A DNA stretch of 63,976 nt, counting the filler, from Sanchytrium tribonematis (lineage: Eukaryota): NCBI GenBank assembly GCA_018985235.1. It is 8 parts of 8 records of this genome, joined end to end, with 100 filler letters (N's around TTAATTAATTAA, not from the genome) between each part and the next. Parts side by side here need not be neighbours in the genome. Positions count along the whole stretch, not along the records: positions 1 to 8,148 come from JADGIG010000389.1; positions 8,249 to 16,391 come from JADGIG010000390.1; 6 more parts are not named here. One strand, given 5' to 3'. The stretch's first letter is position 1. Each line of letters begins with the position of its first letter. Below the pieces are notes generated by a model. It searched no databases, had not been told where the DNA came from, and saw only the letters and a list, made by a program, of their open reading frames with translations. Below, piece after piece: positions 1 to 9,906 of this stretch. Both the position numbers and the translations under genes were made by a program.

Positions 1-481
1 TGATCTTGTTTAATTGTCTTTTAGGCAAAATTTGATTATCGGGATGTGAGTCCCGAAATTTGGAAGTGTTTTGAAGCAAATCAATTTCACTCGATTTTGA
101 TAGGAGAATTGCAACAAAAATGATTGGAATAAATTGATTATTTCCAATTTTGGGGATGATTGGTCCCGAAGGACCCTTACAATTGGTGAATCAATCCCGA
201 ATTCTTAATATAAATTGATTTTTCTCGACTCAATGGAGCTACGATCAACTCGCACAACCGAATTCGAAAATTATCTTGGTCGATTCAAGATGACTTTGAT
301 TGTGAAAGAGTGATAACCTTATCTAAACCTAGAATTTTTTCATACAGTACAAATAAACTGATTATTATGATTTTCTATGCATCGGAAATTCCAATTTTTG
401 AAAACAATATAAAAGCGACAAAAGCAAAAGGAAAATCATTTATAAAGGGGTCACTGGATAAAAGTTTATTAAATGCTCATA

Positions 482-829
482 TTAATTCATGGGCACTTTT
501 GTAGTAGTTGCAAAGCTGTTATTTAAATACGCATTCGACTTGATTAAGGTCTTATCGACCAATTGTTTTGTTTCTTTCTCAGTTCTGATGGTAGCATTTA
601 AAACTTTCTTGCCTGTTTTTTCAACGTTTTGTTTACCTTTATTCCAAATAGCATTCCATTCTCTTAAGAATTTTGTAACAAGTTCCTCGAAAATATCTCG
701 ATGTCTGTAAGCAACTGAAGAAGTTATTCCACCTCCAATAGCAGAGCCTATTAAAAGATGGCAGAGCTGGTTGCAGTATGGAATTTTAATAATTGGTATC
801 GTAAAAACTAGTAGCAACAACAGATTCAT
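482..829 (-). CDS. Hypothetical small protein with hydrophobic N-terminus (possibly secreted)
   Basis: ATG at 829 (MNLLLLLVFTIP), Gly-rich hydrophobic segment LLIGSAIGGGITSS, basic C-terminus; no recognised family. Confidence 0.45.
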   Translation of the reverse strand: MNLLLLLVFTIPIIKIPYCNQLCHLLIGSAIGGGITSSVAYRHRDIFEELVTKFLREWNAIWNKGKQNVEKTGKKVLNATIRTEKETKQLVDKTLIKSNAYLNNSFATTTKVPMN

Positions 830-1240
830 TTTAAGGGGTTTGCTGTACAAATGAGAGTCACGAGGCTTTCAGTGTGATAACAAAAGTAACTGCTCATTTC
901 ATGGAGGAACAAGAGAGTTTTCTGAATCTCTGGATGATTTCTCTATTAAAATCTACGTTTCTCATTCAACATAATCTGGGTAACCTAAAAAAATAATTTT
1001 TTGGAGTAGTGATCTCATCCTCATACTTCGATTCATACAAAACAAGCCCTATTTAATATCGTATTCCAAATTGAACTACCTCACAAATTAACCATATTCC
1101 TATTTCCAACTAACTTTTATCCATTTTCTACATCTCATCAATTTCTTTTGCGCTTTTGTAAACTTCAATTAATTTGAACCACAAAAAAACAATTGGCTGC
1201 TCGGTATTGCAAGGTTTCCTTAATTGTCCTGAAACAGGAT

Positions 1241-2746
1241 ATGCTGCTCCTAACAAACCTAATTTTTAGTAAGATGATCGTAGGTATCGTACTAGGTGGT
1301 ACTTACTCTCATGCACGTCCAATATTAGCATATTTGGAAGAGATGAAAAACCGCGGTTATGATGTTGGCTTCGCGTCCTTATCTGAAAATATTAAATGGA
1401 TGAAGCATTACAAGTTTGAATTTATAGACCTGGGAAAAGGTGCGGATTACACTGACTCGCATAAAGGCTGCATTGAAGGGGCTGATAGATTAGATTTGTT
1501 GGTGGATTTGCCACTCGCCAAGAGAGATGTATTTGATGCTCAGTACGAGACTGGAATGATTGGGCTTGAAAATTACTTGAGTCGAAACAAAATTGACATG
1601 CTTATATGTGATTTATTTGCTGATCCTTGCTTTGATGTTGGGGTTAAGCATGAGATTGAGTATGCGGTATCTGCATTCGTATTGGGTATTGGTGGTTACT
1701 ATGATTACGCTTACAATCCGTCTCCCTTTATGGATGTTTTGGAGGAAAATTGGGGATTTTTGCAAAGATTCTTGAAAACTTGGTACATTTTACCAAAAGT
1801 AATTTCAGTAATGATGCCTTCAACCAACGAACTAAATGAGAAAAGAAGAAAATTTAATGTACCTTTGCCCCAGGATCCAGCTGAACGATTTAAAAATAGA
1901 CTTTACTTACTCAATACTTTACCTGGAATGTGGAACGTTGAAATGCCACCCAATGTTGTCCAAGTTGGTCCAATATTTGAAAAAGATCTTTCCGTGCTTC
2001 CTAAGGTAGACGACGATTTGGAATCTTGGATAGCAAAAGAAGTTAGTCAGAATAGAAAAGTTGCTTACATGGCATTTGGAAGTATTGCTTATCTTCCTCA
2101 TGATCAAAATTTGAGAATGTTAAAGGGACTCAAATGTGCTGGATTTTCGGTTATATTTGCTTCTAAATATTTCGATTCCGCTCATTTGAGAGGAGATGAA
2201 GCGGAACATTTAAAGCACTTAAAATGGGCACCACAGCAAAGCATTTTGCATCACAAAGATGTATCTCTAGCAGTTTTACATGGAGGTCTTGAATCCATGC
2301 ATGAAGCCATTGAAGCAGGGAAACCAATGCTCATTAAACCATTTTTCGGCGACCAACCTCTCAACGGTAAAAAGATTATTGAAGCAAAAATCGGGGATAT
2401 GATATATTCAAAATACAATTTTACGAGTGATGAAGTTTGCAATAAAGCCAAAACGATCTCCGAAACCGAGGATTACAAAAGTCACATATTGAAATTTCAA
2501 GCAATGTTAGAATTGAAAGCCAAATACAATGTCGAAAGTGCAGCAGATCATATTGATTTTGTAATGAAACATGGAATTGATATTTTAACAACTAAATCGC
2601 AACAAATGAACCCTTTGGCGGCTTCAAATTATGACGTAATCATTGTGGGATATTTTATGGTATTTTGGGTATTGAAGAGACTATTCAAAATTTTGAGAAA
2701 AGCTGGGCAATCTATCATTGGATCGGGAAAGTCAAAAATTGAGTAA
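1241..2746 (+). CDS. UDP-glycosyltransferase (GT1 family), ER membrane type
   Basis: UGT signature WAPQQSILHH..HGGLESMHEAIEAGKPMLIKPFFGDQ; N-terminal catalytic SH (GGTYSHARP); C-terminal TM helix and KSKIE (KxKxx) tail. Confidence 0.92.
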   Translation: MLLLTNLIFSKMIVGIVLGGTYSHARPILAYLEEMKNRGYDVGFASLSENIKWMKHYKFEFIDLGKGADYTDSHKGCIEGADRLDLLVDLPLAKRDVFDAQYETGMIGLENYLSRNKIDMLICDLFADPCFDVGVKHEIEYAVSAFVLGIGGYYDYAYNPSPFMDVLEENWGFLQRFLKTWYILPKVISVMMPSTNELNEKRRKFNVPLPQDPAERFKNRLYLLNTLPGMWNVEMPPNVVQVGPIFEKDLSVLPKVDDDLESWIAKEVSQNRKVAYMAFGSIAYLPHDQNLRMLKGLKCAGFSVIFASKYFDSAHLRGDEAEHLKHLKWAPQQSILHHKDVSLAVLHGGLESMHEAIEAGKPMLIKPFFGDQPLNGKKIIEAKIGDMIYSKYNFTSDEVCNKAKTISETEDYKSHILKFQAMLELKAKYNVESAADHIDFVMKHGIDILTTKSQQMNPLAASNYDVIIVGYFMVFWVLKRLFKILRKAGQSIIGSGKSKIE

Positions 2747-3294
2747 ATGTGAATTCTTAGATTTACTTACGAAATTAGTTTTATTTTATTTCCTTAAAAA
2801 TAATCTGCATGTAAATCTGACGTGATCGGTGCACCTAATAAGTAATCTCCGAACCCGAATTCGCACAAACATTACATGACTAATACAGACAGAATTCGAG
2901 TGGGAGTAGTGGACAATGATCCTAAAAAGCCCTCAATTGTTTATTTTGACAGTGGACAAGTAAGTATTCAGCATCCAATCTTGCATAAATGTGATAAAAT
3001 GTTGAAGGAGCATCAAATCTCTGAAAATAATCGGGAAATACAAAAGGGCCGAAATAATTAATTGATTATGTCGAAAATAAATTGTGCTTCCTGCAAATGA
3101 AAAATTTGCTTTTCAACTCGTTTTTATTGATGTTAAGTAACTAAACGGATTAACTTATTATCAAGACAAGTTGAAGCTTTTGGAGACCAGAAGGCATTTC
3201 AATATTTTTTTACAGCAAAGGTTTCCTTGCAATCTAGAATGATCCAAAATTGTGATACTCAAACGACTCTCCGGTTTAATTTTAAAACAACTAA

Positions 3295-3963
3295 ATGATG
3301 GACACTCTTCATGTTCCAATCTCAAATTTATTAAATTTTGCACCATTAAAGCCACACGTAAAATCAAAAATCACTCAAGTATATGCCTGGTTGACTGTGG
3401 CATTTTTATTAGCTGGAATTGGTTACGCATCTGCGATCCCTAGAATGATAGCTGCACCAGTTGCTATTTTAAGTTATCTAGCCACTTATGGACCATTTAG
3501 TTATAACGTGAGGTGTGCTGCGTTTTTGACATTTGCTGTCACCAAGGGAGCATCATTGCAGTTTCTTGAATTTTTGCCACAAAAGATAGTTTTACAAGCA
3601 CTGCTTTATACAACATTGATATTTTTAGCCTTCTCGGCAAGCATTTTAAAGTCACCCACTAGATATATGTCTTATATTTCTAGTATCATTTCTAGTGGCT
3701 CATTAATTTTGGTTTCAAATTCTTTATTATCTTGGATGTTTAACATCCGACTCGGTCTCTATTTCGAGTTGGTAGTAGGCATAGCTGTATTTGCTGCATA
3801 TATTCTTTATGACACTCAGGTTATGATTTATAAGGCAGAAACATCTCAATTGGATGTCCTCAGAAGTGCAGCTGACCTGTACATGGATGCAGTCGCTTTG
3901 TTAGTCAGAATCGCTTTACTTTTAAACGAGAAGGAAAACAAGAAAAAGAAGAAATCTCAATAA
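3295..3963 (+). CDS. Bax inhibitor-1 / TMBIM family membrane protein
   Basis: Multi-TM; YDTQVMIYKAE..DLYMDAVALLVRI motif; poly-Lys tail typical of BI-1. Confidence 0.88.
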   Translation: MMDTLHVPISNLLNFAPLKPHVKSKITQVYAWLTVAFLLAGIGYASAIPRMIAAPVAILSYLATYGPFSYNVRCAAFLTFAVTKGASLQFLEFLPQKIVLQALLYTTLIFLAFSASILKSPTRYMSYISSIISSGSLILVSNSLLSWMFNIRLGLYFELVVGIAVFAAYILYDTQVMIYKAETSQLDVLRSAADLYMDAVALLVRIALLLNEKENKKKKKSQ

Positions 3964-4037
3964 ACCATAACGTCATGCTTCTTTTAAACTTGACAAGAAA
4001 CTGAAAATTTTCCGTGAATTCGTACGTACTTTAAAAA

Positions 4038-5036
4038 TCACTTAAGAGGTTTGCCTAACTTAATGTGTTCAATCAACAAAGCATCAGCACTTTTCCTTTT
4101 ATATTCGCTCAACATCAACTCCAAAAGACTAAATTTCTCCGGGTTTGCCATTACGCAGTATTCCAGAGCTATGGTTTTTAAACAAAACAAATGCTTGTTC
4201 CAATCTTTATCCGACACATTTCTAGGTTGAATTGGAAAAGGAGACATCCAGTTAATGACACTTTTGGGGTCATCAAGTAAAGGATCAAGTTTCTCATCAG
4301 CTAGAATTTTTTCCTCAGTCCATATAACACCATTGTTCCGCCAAACTGGAAGGGTTTCAAGGACTGCAGCTTTGATGCCCAGCCTATAATAAAGTGCTTG
4401 TCTCAATGGTCGAACTTGTAAGTGCGGATTCCCAAGTTTTTTTGCTAGAGGTGAGCCTGTTCCACGTCTATATTCACAATGTTGAACCAACTCGACAACT
4501 TTTGGTACTTTTTCGCTCATCTTTGGTACTTTGGACAAAAGATTTCTCGATTCAAGGCCACTAATGATAGGCATATTTCTACTTGAAGTCAGATGCAGCT
4601 TTTTCTCTTTGATTTGAAAGTTTCTATAAACCTCAAATTCAGAATTTCTGTACCTATAAAAGTCCTTGTCTGCGCTTAATATCGAGCCTTTTTGGTGATG
4701 AGCGAATGCGGCAAGAGCGTCATCATTATCTACCTCAGTGGAATATAATACAGGGATTCCATTTGCACGAAAAGAGTCAGCTAATAGAACATCCATACTT
4801 TGAGGCATATATTGGACACCCCTTTTCATTTCGTTCTCTCTTCGTTTCTTCCATTTTCCAATCGCTTCAGGTGTTTTTCGTTTGGCATCTATGAAAAGTG
4901 TCATATCTATTTCACTTGCTTTTGCAGCATTGGCAAAAGCTTTAATTTTACGAAAAGCATAGTCTATTTTATGGAACGGACTTTTTTTCACGAAGAAAGA
5001 GTCAGCATAATTTAAAATATCCACAAAGAGTTTCAT
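4038..5036 (-). CDS. PIN/FEN-like 5' nuclease-fold protein
   Basis: Acidic motifs LFVD, LFID, EVDNDDALA, ILSADKDF spaced as in PIN/XPG-like folds. Confidence 0.6.
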   Translation of the reverse strand: MKLFVDILNYADSFFVKKSPFHKIDYAFRKIKAFANAAKASEIDMTLFIDAKRKTPEAIGKWKKRRENEMKRGVQYMPQSMDVLLADSFRANGIPVLYSTEVDNDDALAAFAHHQKGSILSADKDFYRYRNSEFEVYRNFQIKEKKLHLTSSRNMPIISGLESRNLLSKVPKMSEKVPKVVELVQHCEYRRGTGSPLAKKLGNPHLQVRPLRQALYYRLGIKAAVLETLPVWRNNGVIWTEEKILADEKLDPLLDDPKSVINWMSPFPIQPRNVSDKDWNKHLFCLKTIALEYCVMANPEKFSLLELMLSEYKRKSADALLIEHIKLGKPLK

Positions 5037-5126
5037 GGAGTTGTAACTTATCCTTAGCCAAGTGTTGAGAACGTATCAAATTGTTTTATTCAACTTTTAA
5101 ATAAAAGTACCATGTCTTTTTCTCCG

Positions 5127-5984
5127 TTAATTGGCCCTGTCAATATCACCAAAAATATCAACCCCAAAAAATGTCAAGGGATCATAAACTCGTTGAAACT
5201 TTTCATTTGACATGCCATCAATCAAACTAGTGTCTATCTCTTTAATTTGAAAGTTTTCATCAATTCTAGATTTTGTATTGCTTTTAGGAATAACATAAAT
5301 ACCTTTTGAATAAGCCCATGAGAGCAAAACTTGGGATATTGACATTTTGTAGTTGGTGGCCACTTGTTGAAGCAAAGGATTATTAAAATAGTCGCATTCT
5401 GAAGCTCCAAGAGATCCATAAGCAATTACTTTAATGTCTTCTGATTTACAAAACGAAATTAATTGACGAGGGAAGCAATATGGGTGTATCTCGAATTGAT
5501 TTGCATAAGGTTTAATTTTACACTTGGCAAGAATATCTTTTAAATGCGAGATGCTAAAATTGGAAACTCCGATATATCGCACGAGCTTTTTCTCTACAAG
5601 TTTTTCCATTTCTTTCCAAGTTTGTACAAGATTTAAAGCAAGGTCTCCCTTTCCAATTTCTCCATTTTTATCTCGAGATATAGGCCAATGAATTAAATAC
5701 AAATCGATGTAGTCTAACTGCAAATCATCTAGAGATTCTTTGAAAGCCTCTTCAACTCTGAAATGATCGGTACACCAAAGTTTAGAAGTAACAAATAATT
5801 CCTCCCTTTTGAAATCTTTCAAAACCAAGCCAATCGCATTCTCATTCTGGTAAAAGTGCGCAGTATCAATATGCTTATATCCAATTTCTAGGGCGTGTCG
5901 AACATTCGATTTTACATTTTTTAATTGATAAGTTCCAAATCCAATTCTTGGCAATTCCATTTTAAGTTTCACGGGTTGCAACAT
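5127..5984 (-). CDS. Aldo-keto reductase
   Basis: GFGTY, GYKHIDTAHFYQNE, LFVTSKLW, LYLIHWP, IGVSNF, VIPKS motifs. Confidence 0.95.
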   Translation of the reverse strand: MLQPVKLKMELPRIGFGTYQLKNVKSNVRHALEIGYKHIDTAHFYQNENAIGLVLKDFKREELFVTSKLWCTDHFRVEEAFKESLDDLQLDYIDLYLIHWPISRDKNGEIGKGDLALNLVQTWKEMEKLVEKKLVRYIGVSNFSISHLKDILAKCKIKPYANQFEIHPYCFPRQLISFCKSEDIKVIAYGSLGASECDYFNNPLLQQVATNYKMSISQVLLSWAYSKGIYVIPKSNTKSRIDENFQIKEIDTSLIDGMSNEKFQRVYDPLTFFGVDIFGDIDRAN

Positions 5985-6070
5985 GAATTACAATTAATTA
6001 ATCAAGTTAAAAAATCAAATAGTACAACTTTAAAGCATTATTGTAGAGTATGCTTTTATTGAATTTAAAT

Positions 6071-6487
6071 CTAAACAACTGATGCAGCAGATGAAGCAAT
6101 TTTTGACCAAATATCTGCACATTCTTTAGCGACTGGACCGGCAATAGCAGATCCTTTCATTTCACCTTTAGAATTAATGATCACTCCAGCATTGTCTTCA
6201 AAATATAAAGTAATACCATCTTTACGTTTCCATGCCTTTCTCTGTCTGATAACAATAGCAGGTGTGACTTTTTTCCTCAAGTCTGGCTTACCTTTTTTAA
6301 CAGTTGCAAGAACGACATCACCAGGCGCAGCTGCAGGGAGTCTATTTAATCTAGCTCCGAATCTTTGTACGGCAATGATGTATAAATTCTTTGCTCCGGA
6401 ATTATCAGCGCAGTTCATAACGGCTGCAACTGGTAAACCAAGAGACATTCTATATTTACTAGAGGTACTTGCAATTTTAGTGGACAT
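6071..6487 (-). CDS. RPL23: 60S ribosomal protein uL14 (L23)
   Basis: [38 protein letters not shown]; intronless; ATG at 6487. Confidence 0.97.
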   Translation of the reverse strand: MSTKIASTSSKYRMSLGLPVAAVMNCADNSGAKNLYIIAVQRFGARLNRLPAAAPGDVVLATVKKGKPDLRKKVTPAIVIRQRKAWKRKDGITLYFEDNAGVIINSKGEMKGSAIAGPVAKECADIWSKIASSAASVV

Positions 6488-6625
6488 TAAATTATACTTT
6501 TGATAGAAAAATCGGAGAATGAATTCACGTGTTTGATAATAGTTCCCCAAAATAGGCTTTTAGTTTCATTGGTTTGCACGTGCAAATTAGAACTGTCTGA
6601 TTGTCGCGAATCTTCAGAATTTAAC

Positions 6626-7039
6626 ATGGGTACCAAATTTCTTAAGCAAGGAAAGACCGCAATTATTGTACGTGGCAGATATGCTGGAAAAAAAGTAGTG
6701 ATAATCAAACAATTCGATGAAGGTACAAAAGACAGACCATTTCCACATGCGCTAGTTATTGGTGTTGACAAATATCCAAGAAAAGTAAAGGCAAAGTTAA
6801 CAGACAAACAAAAAGATAGAAAATCAAACTTAAAACCATTTATCAAAGTTGTCAACTACTCACACTTAATGCCTACCCGTTACGCTTTTGAATTAGATCA
6901 GCTCAAAAATGTAGTTAATGTTGACGCATTAAAAGAAAAGAGTCAAAAGAAGCAAACTGTCAAAGCTGTAAAGAAAGTATTTAGTGAAAGATACAGTTCA
7001 GGAAAGAATCAGTGGTTCTTTACAAAACTCAGATTTTAG
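6626..7039 (+). CDS. RPL27: 60S ribosomal protein eL27
   Basis: KFLKQGK..GRYAGKK..KPFIKVVNYSHLMPTRY..WFFTKLRF; intronless; divergent from RPL23. Confidence 0.97.
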   Translation: MGTKFLKQGKTAIIVRGRYAGKKVVIIKQFDEGTKDRPFPHALVIGVDKYPRKVKAKLTDKQKDRKSNLKPFIKVVNYSHLMPTRYAFELDQLKNVVNVDALKEKSQKKQTVKAVKKVFSERYSSGKNQWFFTKLRF

Positions 7040-7044
7040 TAAAT

Positions 7045-7857
7045 TTACTGAATAACACAGCTCTTTTCTCTATTATTATGCTTTCGTCTTAGATTAGGAG
7101 TTAACTGGGACTGAGATTGCGAAGGAGATTGAGAGGACATACTTGGATCTTGCAATTGTTCCGAACTTGGTGTAGAGTCACAATGTAACAGGTTTGCAGC
7201 ACTTGGCTCTCTCAAGTGAAAATCAGAGTCATAGTACAGGCTGTCTCCATCTAGTGTCACTGTTTCCCAAGTTATTGATGTATTCCGAAATCCTTCGTCA
7301 GTAACAAGTTGAAACAATTCTTGGTTTCCTCTTTTATACAAAACATTAAAGTGATTATTTCTAAAAAAAATTCCTAGCCAAGGAGTGGGCTCAAGTTCAT
7401 AAAGCATTTGCAGCCCATTGACCGAGAGTTGATTAGATTTAAGAAAATCTTTAGCATCGTCATCGGACTCGGTCGTAATAAGGGCTGCAGCCTGATTGTA
7501 ACTTATCAGTTTCTTGGAAAGTGGATCAAGTGGATCCAAAACCCAGCCATGGACAACTCTAACGCCAAATTTAAGTAATAAACATTCTTGAAATTCATAA
7601 ATGCTTGAGAATTTAGGATCAACGAAAGTACCTCGTAATAGTTGATCAGAGTAATTAAATATTAATTCGGTGTGTTCTGGGTACAACCCCACCGCTATAG
7701 AAAGAAGATCTTCCTCTGATACTGAATTTGGAATTTCAATCTGGTCTAAAAGGCATCGGTAATTTATAAGAGCAATCAGTGGACAGTTCCCACCTTGTTT
7801 CTGCATGACAATATATTTCGCTTCATTTCCAAAATAGATGGGTTTTGTTTCAAGCAT
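7045..7857 (-). CDS. MINDY-1/2 family deubiquitinase with C-terminal CAAX box
   Basis: Q..GNCPLIALIN catalytic Cys, VHGWVLDP, FFRNNHF catalytic His, LVTDEGF; ends SCVIQ. Confidence 0.85.
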   Translation of the reverse strand: MLETKPIYFGNEAKYIVMQKQGGNCPLIALINYRCLLDQIEIPNSVSEEDLLSIAVGLYPEHTELIFNYSDQLLRGTFVDPKFSSIYEFQECLLLKFGVRVVHGWVLDPLDPLSKKLISYNQAAALITTESDDDAKDFLKSNQLSVNGLQMLYELEPTPWLGIFFRNNHFNVLYKRGNQELFQLVTDEGFRNTSITWETVTLDGDSLYYDSDFHLREPSAANLLHCDSTPSSEQLQDPSMSSQSPSQSQSQLTPNLRRKHNNREKSCVIQ

Positions 7858-8148
7858 GAAAACCGTTTCACAAAAAAGCCACAAATCTGGCAATTTAATG
7901 TTTTGTGGACAAATTGACCTAATTCTAGTTTTTTTATTTATGTTATAGATATCTAATTGGATTCAGCTCCAAGTCCCGCTTCAGGACAGGTCCGCCGTGA
8001 CGCTTCTTCTTTCGATGAGTGTTCAAATGACTCACAGTTCCATATGCCTTGGTACATCCGTAATAATCACAATTGAAGATTCTCACAACTTCTCTCGACA
8101 ATTTTCGCTTTCGCTTGGTGGTGTCTGAACATTCAGAGTGATCAGACT

Positions 8149-8248
8149 NNNNNNNNNNNNNNNNNNNNNNNNNNNNNNNNNNNNNNNNNNNNTTAATTAA
8201 TTAANNNNNNNNNNNNNNNNNNNNNNNNNNNNNNNNNNNNNNNNNNNN
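8149..8248. other. Artificial contig linker
   Basis: N44-TTAATTAATTAA-N44 (stops in all six frames). Confidence 0.98.
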
Positions 8249-8390
8249 TGACACTGGGCTTGATCTGGGTGGTACAACGCTGGGACCACGTGTGAAGATC
8301 CACCTGAAATCCAAGAGGGTATGAATAGAAAGTAGTCTTAAATAAATTATCTGTAGTGAAAATGCACGTCTTACTAACACTGTAATATTT

Positions 8391-8906
8391 TCATTCTTTA
8401 GTAGTATCAAAAACAGGACTCCCATTTAAATCCAAATCTGTTGCCATACACCATACTTGTGAATTCCAATTTCTCAAACACATGTACGGATACAATGATG
8501 AAATTCTAATATCTGTGACATCAGAACCAGTCATTTGTTTCACTGATAATGTAGTAGATGCCAATCCACCTTGAATTGGCTGAGTACCACAATAAATTCC
8601 ACCATTGTCTGATTTATCCAACACAAAACAAATGCTATTTCCTTTAAAGTCCATAGATTGAATCAATGGAATAGATGTATCAGCACCATTTTGTTTATAT
8701 TTCACGCTGTCATCTGAATTAAAGAATTCGACGGATTGTCCATTTGTGTATAAACAGGATACTACTAATCCATATGAGACTGTGCATTGTTGCAAATTGT
8801 TGAGATGGGTGACTTGGTATTCATTTGCAATAGATCCATCTACAATAGGTGTGTATGTATCCATGGTAGTTTGTGGAATTGCATATAATGGAAATGAATA
8901 AATCAT
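8391..8906 (-). CDS. Secreted Cys-containing beta-rich protein, 3'-truncated paralog of 9082-9705 (possible pseudogene)
   Basis: Shares YPYMCLRNWNSQVWC with neighbour; TGA falls where the paralog has Trp. Confidence 0.6.
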   Translation of the reverse strand: MIYSFPLYAIPQTTMDTYTPIVDGSIANEYQVTHLNNLQQCTVSYGLVVSCLYTNGQSVEFFNSDDSVKYKQNGADTSIPLIQSMDFKGNSICFVLDKSDNGGIYCGTQPIQGGLASTTLSVKQMTGSDVTDIRISSLYPYMCLRNWNSQVWCMATDLDLNGSPVFDTTKE

Positions 8907-9081
8907 GGTAAATAAAGAGATCTGATCTATTTATGGTTAATGACACAGTACTTTGTCATTTATTCAATATGCACGCAGCCAATGAAAGGATTTTTAAGAT
9001 TGGTGCAAGTATTGAGATGCTTGCCAAGTGAAAAACAATTTAGCGGGACATCAACCTGATTTTGTAATATTGTTTTATAAC

Positions 9082-9705
9082 TTAATTTACTGGAGGGAAT
9101 TTGGGATTTGTCACAATAGCATACGTTTTAGTAGGATCAAATGATGTTCCAAGTTGAACGCAATAGCGTGTGGAATCATCTTTTTTTGTCCCACAAATAT
9201 AATCTTGTTCAAATCCAAAATCCTTATTCGTAATGCCATCTGAAATCACTCGAGTCCATTGATATGAAGCACTAAATGTACCATGACCGGGATGGTCGGT
9301 AGACACGCACCATACTTGTGAATTCCAATTTCTCAAACACATGTACGGATAATCTTGAGATAATCTGATATGTGTAATATCAGCACCATCCATTTCATTT
9401 AGCGTATAAGCACCCACGGATAATGATGGTTGATTTCCACAGTAGAGCATCCCATCATTTCGAGCAATACAGATACTATTACTTCCATAAAAATCAATTG
9501 AAGCAGGAGATGCCTGATTGATATCAGATCCGCTTTCATCTTCCATTTCACAATTTTGGCCAGATTTATCACAGTATCGAACTGATTTATATCGACCTCC
9601 ACATTGAATAGCGAATCCCTTAATTTTGCAAACAAATTGATTGTGAATTGGGACATAGTCGTCCTCATTTTGATTAATTGCAGATAATGGCAACACGAAA
9701 ATCAT
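9082..9705 (-). CDS. Secreted beta-propeller/tectonin-like hypothetical protein
   Basis: Short hydrophobic N-terminus MIFVLPLSA; ~40-aa repeats with ICxxxxDGxLYCG / MCLRNWNSQVWC; fold is inferred. Confidence 0.6.
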   Translation of the reverse strand: MIFVLPLSAINQNEDDYVPIHNQFVCKIKGFAIQCGGRYKSVRYCDKSGQNCEMEDESGSDINQASPASIDFYGSNSICIARNDGMLYCGNQPSLSVGAYTLNEMDGADITHIRLSQDYPYMCLRNWNSQVWCVSTDHPGHGTFSASYQWTRVISDGITNKDFGFEQDYICGTKKDDSTRYCVQLGTSFDPTKTYAIVTNPKFPPVN

Positions 9706-9906
9706 AATCAAAAGGGAGAAGTGGTCTATTTATGTCTTTTCAATACAGAATGACAATATATCCAATATGCACGCAGCCAATGTAAGGATTTTTTAAATGA
9801 GTGCAAGTATTGAGATGATTGCCCAGTGATAAATTGTTTAACGGGACATCATTTACAATTTTGACTATAAATATTTATTAAATGACAATGCAGTAGCTAT
9901 TTACAT

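Noticed and set aside
1..310. Scattered TCCCGAA / GGGAT / AATTGATT motifs at the window start
   Set aside because: No consistent period or terminal inverted repeat could be defined; it may be a repeat fragment but is unsupported.
2876..3061. 61-aa ORF containing GTAAGT
   Set aside because: No acceptor at 19-20 nt and no recognisable family; left uncalled.
6177..6855. Antisense and shadow ORFs over RPL23/RPL27, and the many other short overlapping ORFs in the track
   Set aside because: They overlap well-supported genes and have no motifs of their own.
8391..8393. TGA at a position where the paralog has Trp, suggesting UGA=Trp recoding
   Set aside because: TGA is a normal stop at family-aligned C-termini (30285, 31455, 32363) and conserved Trp residues use TGG; a nonsense mutation is simpler.
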